Position numbers and translations under genes: made by a program. Positions 35,801 through 46,800 of a DNA stretch of 64,000 nt are shown in pieces. How positions within the stretch are numbered: position 1 is the stretch's first letter; every line of letters starts with the position of its first letter. The notes below the pieces were generated by a model. The model made no database searches, had not been told where the DNA came from, and saw only the letters and a program-made list of their open reading frames with translations. The DNA comes from Macrostomum lignano (taxonomy: Eukaryota): assembly GCA_002269645.1 (NCBI GenBank), contig NIVC01000401.1, positions 62,001 through 126,000 on the forward strand, in the 5' to 3' direction.

Positions 35801-38800
35801 TTCATGCCAGCCAAAGTTTTTTGCTTGTCTAGCCTCTAGTATATATAATGCATATAATGCATTTTCATATATAATTCTATAATTAAAAATGAATTTGGGC
35901 TATTTAAAACATGTTTCAATCTAAGCCCTATGAAAAAAAACATTCAAAATTCATAATTGCATTTCTTTATAAAGTCTGAACTGGTTCTAACTAGTTTGTA
36001 ATCAGTTCAAAAATGGAACATACTTTATAAAGTTGGAATTTATATTTTGGAAAAAAAATTCTTAAGATCTTATCATTGACATTAACATCCACTTATCCAA
36101 ATGTTTGCCAACTTAGGTTCAAGTTGTCATTGTTAGTGCAACATTTGAGCGTAGCTTAATGAAAAATTAGATAATAAAATTAAAACACCTTTAATTTTTT
36201 TTAATTAAAAACTTTTGCATCTATCATTTGTCATCTATCAGCCATTGGCATTAGAAATTTATGTGTTTAATAAAAATATATGCAATTATAAATAAAGGGA
36301 CTTTTAAATCTATAAACATAGTCCAGCAGCTAGCTAGAATCCATAGATTCAGAGATTTCATCTATAGAACCCTAATTGAAAACTTCAGTTCAAGCATTAT
36401 TTTTTGAAGTTTAATTATTTGTCTTATCCTAAACCTAGTTCCAAAACTTGACCCTAAACCCAACCTGACCAAGAACCCCAAATATCCCTAGGTAAAATTA
36501 CCTTACACCTATATGTGAGAAATAAAGAATAAAGGCAAAAGATATTGGGTATGTACAACCACCTAATGATATACAAACATAGTCTGGCTTGTTAGTGCAC
36601 ATGTACTTAGATGTGCATATCTGGCTTATTTGGGGATTGGGGTTTAGTGCTGCAACATGTGTGTGCTTAAGTTGGTTATACTTACCCCAACTTTGGCAAT
36701 AAAAATATTGATATAAGCCTGTGAGATCTCCTTACAACTTGTTATTCACTGCAACTCAACCCATGGTATTACACAAAGAATGTTATGATAGCCAAAATGA
36801 AATTTTTTCCACTATCTATATGCTCAAATAAGTATAAAATAAGAGTACTTGAGGCCTTGTATATAAAATTGCATAGGCTTAAACCAATCTTAAATAAGCA
36901 ACTTGCAAATCATGATGCCAGTGCCTTCCTTAGAATATTCTAGGTATATACTTGTGCAGCCTTCTTGAACTTTAGGTACATAAAATATTTCCAATTTTCC
37001 AATTTTTCTGAACCTTTTGCCAGAGTCTTAGAGGCTGTCCAAAATGATAATAAAGCAAAAAACTACAAAAAATTACCCTCAGAGGTAACAGGAGCTCGAT
37101 TTGTTAATCTCTTATATAACTAGTTAGTAATTTGATCCAAGCAGTTTCGGAGAATTGTGTATTTGAAAGTTGAACTTTTTTAGAATCATAACTTTCTAAT
37201 GTAAATATTTTACAAAATTTGATGAATTCATTCTAAAAAAACATTTAGAGGGTTCAAATTTTATCTCTGAAAAAATAATGTCTATTCTACTTTTTTCCAC
37301 TCAATTTGTTATAATGCAACAAGAGTGCCATATCAGTTTACTTTTTAAAATAAATGCTAACTAATGGTTTGCCACCCACCCTCACCACCTGCTTTTTGAT
37401 TCGCTGTTGTTCTTTCATTGTTGATGACTATTAGCTGAACATTCTTTACTTGTTTACTTATACTAATTTCTACTAATCTGCATTGTCTCTATTTTGAAGG
37501 TAACTATAGCTGCTAATATCAATTAGTTTTGATAAGATTATAATTTTTTCTCCATGGTTGTATTTTTGATAAATTATTGAATTTTTTATTTGAACTTCAT
37601 TTCTAGGACCCCTTTTAGTCTTTGAATTTATCTACATAATCTTTAATAGACCTCTATGCCTCTATTAAAGTTTAGCTATATAAAATCTATCCCCATGAAG
37701 ATTCTCCCTACCCTAAAATCCCACATTCCCCATGCCCCAGTTGTTGACAGTTGTCAGCCCCACCCCCCAAGACCTCCCAGTCTCCGAATTTATCTACCTG
37801 ATCTTCAATAGACTTCCATGCCTCTATTGAAGTTTAGGTATATAAAATAAATCCCCATGAAGATTCTCCCTACCCTAACACTTTCCATTCCCTATGATGG
37901 TAGTTGTCAGCCCCCCCCCCCTGAGACTTGCCTCCTAACCCCGTCAGTCTTTGAATTTATCTACCTAATCTTCAATAGACCCCTATACCTCTATTGAAGT
38001 TTAGGTACATAAAATCAACATAAAATCTACATAATCTTTAATAGACCTCCATGCCTCCATTAAAGATGAAGAAGATTCCATGAAGAATCTCCCCACCCTA
38101 AAACCCTCATTCCCTATACCCTGGTAGTTGGCTTTAAGCTACAAAAAAATGAAGCTTAAATTTGAAATAAGCACTATCAAAAACCTTTATAAAGACAAAA
38201 TTATGATCCTATTGAAGCTACAATTATTTTATCTACCTAAAGTTCAAGAAGGCCACTTGTGCTCATCTTAATCTTTTTTCTCTCTATCTATATATTTTTC
38301 AATTTTATCAACACACTTTCATTTTAATTTTTAAATAAAAATAAATAAACAAATAAATTGTTACTAATTTTTTGTAGTCTAACAATGCTTAATGCAAGAT
38401 AAAATATTTCATATAACAAAAAATGATGGTGCTTAGGTTTTTAATTTTGCTTTTTATCAGACACACGACTTTGTTATAAAACATTTTTATATATTTCAAA
38501 TTAAAAAATCTCACTAGACATGCTTGGGCGCAACCTAAAGATTCACCTGGCCATTTCTATTGGCAATATACACATAAGTCGCTATTGGATGGAATATTAG
38601 TCACGTGACTGCTCTCAGCCAATAGCAACTTACATGTGTGTCTTGCCAGTAGAAATGGCTTAGTGATTCCCAAGGTTGTGCATGTATATCACTGGACCCC
38701 CTTGCTATAATGATAGTATTATATATTTATTACTTATTATTTTAGAAAACACTTAGAAGAGAATAAATTGAAGTAATAATTCCTTAAGAAGTAGGTCTAG

Positions 38801-39238
38801 TATATGTCCAACCATTTGATATTATTAGAGAACAAACCAATAATAAAAAATATTAGATAGATAAATTATTTTTAAATTAGGATACCTTATACTAATACTA
38901 ATATTATAATAGTAATACCTAAGTATTATATAACTTTTTTATATTGCTATAAACCATAAAAAACACACATACCTGCCAAGTGCCAAATATATTAATCCAC
39001 AAATTATACAAAAAAGTAGACTCAATGTATGGGGCTTATAAAAGAATTCAATTGTAATATTGTCAACTTTATGGTTTTCAATAAGCTTTGCAAAGTGACA
39101 CCTTTCTTCTTCACTTTTGCTAACACTGTCAGTGTCACCTACATTTAATTTTGATTTTTCTAGCTTCTGCCTAGACCTACTTAAGCCTGTTTCATAAACC
39201 TCATTAGTACTTTCATTAAGTTCATTGGTAGCTTCCAT
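29830..39238 (-). CDS. PTDSS1: Phosphatidylserine synthase 1 (PSS1), about 478 aa; exons 39238-38973, 34701-34610, 34529-34485, 34377-34250, 33627-33317, 32304-32245, 32165-31971, 31483-31418, 31339-31240, 30003-29830
   Basis: Motifs [102 protein letters not shown]. All nine introns are GT-AG with consistent phases; total 1437 nt. Confidence 0.93.
30080..31175. repeat. 31/32-bp minisatellite (TTCCAGGTCCTTTTGTTGGGTCACTGTCCCC) filling PTDSS1 intron 9
   Basis: About 35 copies inside intron 30004-31239. Confidence 0.95.
31510..31955. repeat. 37-bp minisatellite (GTCAGGTGGGACACCAACCCAATGTCAGAAACTCCCT) filling PTDSS1 intron 7
   Basis: About 12 copies inside intron 31484-31970. Confidence 0.95.
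32520..33290. repeat. 20/21-bp minisatellite (AGAGATTATCAACATAATCTC) in PTDSS1 intron 5
   Basis: About 35 copies inside intron 32305-33316. Confidence 0.9.
33810..34108 (-). mobile_element. tRNA-derived SINE in PTDSS1 intron 4
   Basis: Minus strand reads A-box-like AGCCTAGTGG, B box GGTTCGATTCC, then a CORE/Meta-SINE-like TGTGTCCTTGTGAGCAAGACACTT, ending in a (TTA)n-type tail. No intact tRNA cloverleaf or acceptor stem. Confidence 0.8.
37615..38110. repeat. Old diverged tandem repeat of about 165 bp (3-4 copies) in PTDSS1 intron 1
   Basis: GAATTTATCTAC...AATAGAC...CCTCTATT.AAGTTTAG...CCATGAAGATTCTCCCTACCCTAA recurs at about 37620, 37785 and 37950, with a partial fourth copy. Confidence 0.75.
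38520..38690. mobile_element. Palindromic MITE-like element (arms of about 40-65 bp, central AGTCACGTGACT)
   Basis: GCCATTTCTATTGGCAATATACACATAAGTCGCTATTGG (from 38550) pairs with CCAATAGCAACTTACATGTGTGTCTTGCCAGTAGAAATGGC (to 38659). Confidence 0.65.
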
Positions 39239-39299
39239 TATATTTGGCAAAAAACTACAACTTAAACCTTGAAAATGGAATCCAGAACAACAAAAACTC

Positions 39300-40560
39300 T
39301 GTAAATATAGGTTTAGTCAAGCGAACTTCAAATATTTTACAAATTATACATAGAAATGATGTTATATGTGTTAGGTGTATTGTATTATAATACTTTCTGA
39401 CAATTAAAGAAAAATGAAAAACTAGACACAAAGTCCTTTATACACAATATATACCCTCTTAGTCTTAGGCGTCCTAGTCGCTATCTACTTCAATTTTATT
39501 GATATTCATTATTGTACACAGCATCACGTATTAGAAAAATTAATGCTGGTCCACTTTTTTCGAATTATGTTTTCGTCTGCTAATTAATTTTATTTAAATA
39601 AAATATAAAAACTCGTTGCTATTCTTAACAAAGCTGTAATTTTAATTATCAAAGTGGCAACAGGAGTAGTAATAAATGTGGTCAAAAAAATTGTCCGACA
39701 AGCTGTAAGTTTGGTTGAAAGAGTGACTTTAGATATTGTTGAAGAAAGTTCTGAAAAGTACTTTTAAAAGTGTTCAGTAGCGGACACAGAAAAATTGTTG
39801 AGGGGTGGGGGGCAAGCTAATACCATGCAATTACAACACAATATCAGAAAATATACCTTGCATAGTTACAGGCCATAAATATGACAATTTTTTGGGCACG
39901 GGCTGATCGAGGAGGAAAGTACAGGCTAATCGGATCCTAACTCAATAGGGGAATTGCCATTCCTTATTAGCAGTCCATTCGATTCATCTTTTACATGGAT
40001 CTAAAGCTTTTCATTTAAGCCTTGAGCCGTGAAATTATCGAAACTTCCGACGCAGACGCAATCAAGTTACCATCAATGCTGGCTGCTTCTGACCTGGCTG
40101 CTGTAAAAATCCTAGGTAATATAAGTGTGTAAATACCAAACACAGTGAAAGCCCATGCGCGCTATCGATAAAGGACTTGCAAAAGTGTGTTAATATGCTA
40201 ATATTTAATTTTTTAGGGTGATGGTACTTGCTGTACTAGGCGCATTCTAACACGGAACCAGATCTTATACATTATACAAAATTAGCTGGAACATCAAACA
40301 AACCCGGAATTTTTTCAAGAAACGTCAAATTCAAACTCATCTTTTTGTAGTATAAATCCTGGAAAGTTGTGACAAACTATTCAAGAGTTCCGTAAAATAA
40401 GGAAGTAAATTAGATTTTATTATACATATACATGCTTTTGATTCTTGACTGCAGAGAATAACAATCATTAGCGTACTACTTAACGTTTTCTGCTAGATGC
40501 AATGCACCGTTTTGCATTTCTTAGACTGTTAATGTAATTGATAAACTACCAATTGAATAA
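39300..40560. promoter_or_regulatory. Putative bidirectional promoter region between head-to-head PTDSS1 and USP12/46
   Basis: Lies between divergent start codons (39238 minus; 40849 plus) and retains CpG dinucleotides that are nearly absent in both flanks. TSS positions not determinable. Confidence 0.5.
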
Positions 40561-40848
40561 CCATAGCATCTTCAACAAATACAATTTATCTAAGCTTTGC
40601 CAACTTATTTTAGTGTATTTTCTTTTATTGTAGTAAGGCAAAGCCTAATTATCTTTAACTGACTGTAATCAATTGCGCTTCCTGTTCATGTTTGCTAAAC
40701 TTATTCTTGACTTTGTTGCTATTGCTATTGGCAAAAAGCAACAATTTACTAATCATATAGTTCTACTGAAGTGAAAGTTCCAATTCAAGTTGTTTTGGAA
40801 CAATTATTTCATTTTAGTTGGTATTTTCTCCATTATTAATAACCACAC

Positions 40849-43800
40849 ATGCAATTCTTCTGCTTGAGAATGGTAAGTTTCTTATATAACTGTTTTATTT
40901 TTTAGCCTTTGATGATTATCATAGTATCATTTTGGATTGGAATCCTTAAATTAAAAAATCAAGGATCTCTTAATAAATTAGACTTGAAATTGATTGATTC
41001 TATGCCACATTTAGGAAGGTGTCACATGTATGAGATGCACTTAAATTTGGCAACAAACAAATATGGTGACAGAAATTTTATATGGACAAATTTGGGGAAA
41101 GCAAATTCAGCCACAATCTAGGAAAATTTGAGAACATGCCAACACATCCTTTTATAGCTAAAGAGTCCCAAAGATTGTACAAAGCTGCCCAATCTTAAAT
41201 TAATAAACATTTCTTAGAAAAAACTTTTAAAACTCATAAGGATAAATGATAAATAAAACAAGCTCAATTAAAAAAGAAAGCTAATATGCATTGAAGAATA
41301 CCATTATACTAAATGAATTATCCAAATTATATATAATTGTTTTTCCTTCATTAATCATTGCCATATTTGCCTAGATTGTTGCCAAATTTGCTTTTGCCAA
41401 ATTGGTCCATTGACAATTGTCAATCTTTGTTACTAAATTTGTTTGTTATCAGATTAGTCAGTCAGTACTTATAAGCTATATATATACAAAGATATTTCAA
41501 TAAATTTTTGATTATATCTTATATGCTATGTTCCTATTATATAGAAGCCAACCAGGATGGCAATCTTTGCATGAAAAGTTTGGAACAAAAAGTTGGGCGC
41601 AATTTTTTCGCACAAGTTTTTTACCCATGAATGCGCAATTTTTTGCCACTTGAATTTCTTAGCAACTATTTAACAATGTTTTATTAAAGTTTAAATAAAT
41701 CTTAAAAAATAAATAATATTATTCTTTTTTAGTTTAATATAGTTCCCAGTAGCTTTGTTTTTCAATTTGCAATAACTTTGTTTTACTGTAACAACTGCAA
41801 TATTCAAAATTTAAATGACATTATGCAAGATTTCTTAGAATATTAAGCTGCGCGCACATAAGCTTTTTAAAGTTGCACAAGTTTGCTAGAAATATGTGCG
41901 CAACTACGCAAGTTTTTGTTAGCGCGCACAGAACATGTCTAGGATTTTGTACAAAGATTCCATCCTGGGAAGCCAATAACCATTATCATGGACAGTGGCT
42001 AGTGCCAATTGGCCCTTGATAGTATAGATGTAGTCTTATATGCTGTATAGTTTAGTGTATAAAAAGGGATGTCTAGCGCTGTTTAGATGGCTAAAATAGG
42101 ATATAAAGCTAAAATACAAATTAGTATACTAAGCCTTAACATTTATTATTTATAAATGTATAGCTAGAAAGCCCTAGTGTATAACATTGCTAAAAATCTA
42201 GTCAAATATGGAATTATCAATAGTTAAAATAATAGATCCTTTTTGTAGCTTTTGTATATGCTTTTTAATTTAAAATCATACATGCGCAATTGCTAGCTGA
42301 CTTGGCCAATCTGGCCACTATCAATTGTGGTGAATTAGAGCTAAGTCTCAAAAATTCCCCCTAAAAATATAGACATAGTACTAATTAGATTATGGGGCAT
42401 TTAGAAATAATAAGATAGTCATAGACAGTTACTTTTGCCATTTATCCAAAATTGCAATAATTTTTGCTTTAAGGTTTTTTTAAGTAAGTGGCATTTTTTC
42501 AAAAAGTAAGTTGCATGGCTAATGTAAATCATGAAGGTTGTACATATATGTTTAAAACTCTGTTTTTTAGCTTACCTTAAAAATTGTCAAAATAAATTTG
42601 CCAAAACTAAGTTCAACTAAATTAAAACTATTTGATATAGGTAGGTATAAATGAATATTGCTAGTTTCTAAGTGTAAGGAGCTCTTAAGTCCCTAAAATT
42701 TAGCATCTAAGCAATGTGAGATTTTTAATGCAATGTCCATGCTGTGGTTGGGTGGTAAGAGCTAATGATAAGATATTATTTTTCACTTTCAAGAGGGAGC
42801 TCTAAGGTCCATGCATGCATTTAAAAACTTAAGCAATAGAGTTTTAATGCCATATGTATGTTATGGTTGGGTGGATAAATGAAGCCAATAGAAAAGCCAC
42901 CTAGCATTTGCTATTATCAAAGAAGGCCAGATTGTAAAAAGAGGCTTCCTAGAAACCAACTGATAAGCAAGCCATTACTCTCACAGATGTTAAGTGATCA
43001 TAGTTTAGTGAACTTATCAAAATGATACCTTGTATTTTTTCTAATGCTCTTTTTTATTAGTGATTTGCTTCTAAGTCATAAAGAGGAATAGATTAGAAAT
43101 TCAAATATCCTTTTCATATATATCTATACCCTTTAATATATATAATTAAATTCTTCTTCCAAAGTGCTTAGAAATAGTAATGCTTTGCATATTTTTTTCC
43201 TTCAGGGTCAAAGTGGTTCACAATTAGAAAAGGAGCTGGCATCATCACTCAATGAACATTATTTTGGACTAGTAAATGTAAGTGCCATTTTCCTAACTGT
43301 ACTTTATCTTTTGTATCTCACACTGCTAAATGTATGTCACTATTGGCTATGGGCATTTGAGACAGACAGACAGAAGCGATTTATGACTTGTGTGTGTGTG
43401 TTGCCAGTAACAGCCACCTTAATTGGAAAGTTGCATTTCTGTGCATTTTAATTGGCTCTAGATAGTTTATTGGAATATTATTTTTAAGTGTAAAAAGACA
43501 GGTAGAGGGGCTGTCTCTAGACTCACCAACAGGGCAGGTTGGGGGCTGTCTCTAGACTCACCAACAGAGCAGGTAGAGTCAGTGGCTGGCAGTGACTCAC
43601 CAACAGTGAGCAGATAGAGTCAGTGGCTGGCAGTGGCTCACCAACAGTGAGCAGGTGGAGTCAGTGGCTGGCAGTGACTCACCAACAGTGAGCAGATAGA
43701 GTCAGTGGCTGGCAGTGGCTCACCAACAGTGAGCAGATAGAGTCAGTGGCTGGCAGTGGCTCACCAACAGTGAGCAGATAGAGTCAATGGCTAGCAGTGG

Positions 43801-46800
43801 CTCACCAACAGTGAGCAGATAGAGTCAGTGGCTGGCAGTGGCTCACCAACAGTGAGCAGATAGAGTCAGTGGCTGGCAGTGGCTCACCAACAGTGAGCAG
43901 ATAGAGTCAATGGCTAGCAGTGGCTCACCAACAGTGAGCAGATAGAGTCAGTGGCTGGCAGTGGCTCACCAACAGTGAGCAGATAGAGTCAGTGGCTGGC
44001 AGTGGCTCACCAACAGTGAGCAGATAGAGTCAGTGGCTGGCAGTGGCTCACCAATGTAAAAGGCAGAGCAGGGAGTGTCTTTAGTAAAGAACAAGCTGTT
44101 TCACAAATGTCTGTACTTACACCCCTTTCCCTGACCCAGTTCGGCAACACCTGCTACTGCAACTCGGTGCTACAGGCGCTATACTACACAATGTTTCGCG
44201 AGCGGGTCTTGGTGTACAAGCAGCAGACCAAAGGCGGCAAGAAGGACTCTCTATTAACCGCATTAGCCGATTTATTTCACAGCATCGCCTCGCAGAAGCG
44301 CAAAGTTGGCACGTTGGCGCCTAAGAAATTTATTCAAAAATTGAAACGCGAAAACGAAGCGTTCGACAACTTTCAACAGCAGGACGCGCACGAGTTTTTC
44401 AATTATTTAATAAATCATATTGCCGATATACTTGTCGAAGAGCGTAAAGCTCAACAAAGCCAGGCTGGCCAAGGCTCCGGCGGATTGCGCGGCTCGCATT
44501 CAAAAGCGGCAGCAGCTGCAGCAGCCGCCGCCGCAGCAGCAGCAGCGGCTAATGCTGGCTCGGGCGAAGGTTTGACAGGAGACTCAACTGAGCAGCCGTC
44601 AACCTTTGTCCACGAAATATTTCAGGGCACTCTGACTAATGAGACGCGCTGTCTTAACTGCGAAAATGTAAGCCATTGGTTTCTTATTGCTGTGGAAGTA
44701 AGCGGTTCTTAATGTAGCTTTGCTAACCCCACTGTGTCCTTCGGTGGGGCGCCACTACCCTCCACTGTGTCCTTCGGTGGGGCGCCGCTACTCTCCACTG
44801 TGTCCTTCGGGGCGGCGCTACCCTCCACTGTGTACTTCGGTGGGGCGCCGCTACCCTCCACTGTGTCCTTCGGTGTGGCGCCGCTACCCTCCACTGTGTC
44901 CTTCGGTGGGGCGCCGCTACCCTCCACTGTGTCCTTCGGGGCGCCGCTACCCTCCACTTTGACTTCGGGGCGCCGCTACCCTCCACTGTGTCCTTCGGGG
45001 CGCCGCTACCCTCCATTGTGTACTTCGGTAGGGCGCCGCTACCCTCCACTGTGTCCTTCGGTGGGGCGCCGCTACCCTCCACTGTGTCCTTCGGTGGGGC
45101 GCCGCTACCCTCCACTGTGTCCTTCGGTGGGGCGCCGCTACCCTCCACTGTGTACTTCGGTAGAGCGCCGCTACCCTCCACTGTGTCCTTCGGTGGGGCG
45201 CCGCTACCCTCCACTGTGTCCTTCGGGGCGCCGCTACCCTCCATTGTGTACTTCGGTAGGGCGCCGCTACCCTCCACTGTGTCCTTCGGTGGGGCGCCGC
45301 TACCCTCCACTGTGTCCTTCGGTGGGGCGCCGCTACCCTCCACTGTGTCCTTCGGTGGGGCGCCGCTACCCTCCACTGTGTACTTCGGTAGAGCGCCGCT
45401 ACCCTCCACTGTGTACTTCGGTAGGGCGCCGCTACCCTCCACTGTGTCCTTCGGGGCGCCGCTACCCTCCACTGTGACTTCGGGGCGCCGCTACCCTCCA
45501 CTGTGTACTTCGGTGGGGCGCCGCTACCCTCCACTGTGTACTTCGGTAGGGCGCCGCTACCCTCCACTGTGTCCTTCGGGGCGCCGCTACCCTCCACTGT
45601 GTACTTCGGTGGGGCGCCGCTACCCTCCACTGTGTACTTCGGTAGGGCGCCGCTACCCTCCACTGTGTCCTTCGGGGCGCCGCTACCCTCCACTGTGACT
45701 TCGGGGCGCCGCTACCCTCCACTGTGTACTTCGGTGGGGCGCTGCTACCCTCCACTGTGTACTTCGGTAGAGCGCCGCTACCCTCCACTGTGTCCTTCGG
45801 GGCGCCGCTACCCTCCACTGTGACTTCGGGGCGCCGCTACCCTCCACTGTGTACTTCGGTGGGGCGCTGCTACCCTCCACTGTGTACTTCGGTAGGGCGC
45901 CGCTACCCTCCACTGTGTCCTTCGGGGCGCCGCTACCCTCCACTGTGTACTTCGGTGTGGCGCCGCTACCCTCCACTGTGTACTTCGGTGTGGCGCCGCT
46001 ACCCTCCACTGTGTACTTCGGTGGGGCGCTGCTACCCTCCACTGTGTACTTCGGTGTGGCGCCGCTACCCTCCACTGTGTCCTTCGGGGCGCCGCTACCC
46101 TCCACTGTGTACTTCGGTGTGGCGCCGCTACTCTCCACTGTGTCCTTCGGGGCGCCGCTACCCTCCACTGTGTACTTCGGTGTGGCGCCGCTACCCTCCA
46201 CTGTGTTTTTCGGGGCGCCGCTACCCTCCACTGTGTCCTTCGGGGCGCCGCTACCCTCCACTGTGTACTTCGGTGTGGCGCCGCTACCCTCCACTGTGTC
46301 CTTCGGGGCGCCGCTACCCTCCACTGTGTCCTTCGGGGCGCCGCTACCCTCCACTGTGTCCTTCGGGGCGCCGCTACCCTCCACTGTGTCCTTCGGGGCG
46401 CCGCTACCCTCCACTGTGTACTTCGGTGTGGCGCCGCTACCCTCCACTGTGTACTTCGGTGGGGCGCTGCTACCCTCCACTGTGTACTTCGGTGTGGCGC
46501 CGCTACCCTCCACTGTGTCCTTCGGGGCGCCGCTACCCTCCACTGTGTACTTCGGTGTGGCGCCGCTACCCTCCACTGTGTTTTTCGGGGCGCCGCTACC
46601 CTCCACTGTGTCCTTCGGGGCGCCGCTACCCTCCACTGTGTCCTTCGGTGGGGCGCCGCTACCCTCCACTGTGTCCTTCGGGGCGCCGCTACCCTCCACT
46701 GTGTCCTTCGGGGCGCCGCTACCCTCCACTGTGTACTTCGGTGTGGCGCCGCTACCCTCCACTGTGTCCTTCGGGGCGCCGCTACCCTCCACTGTGTCCA

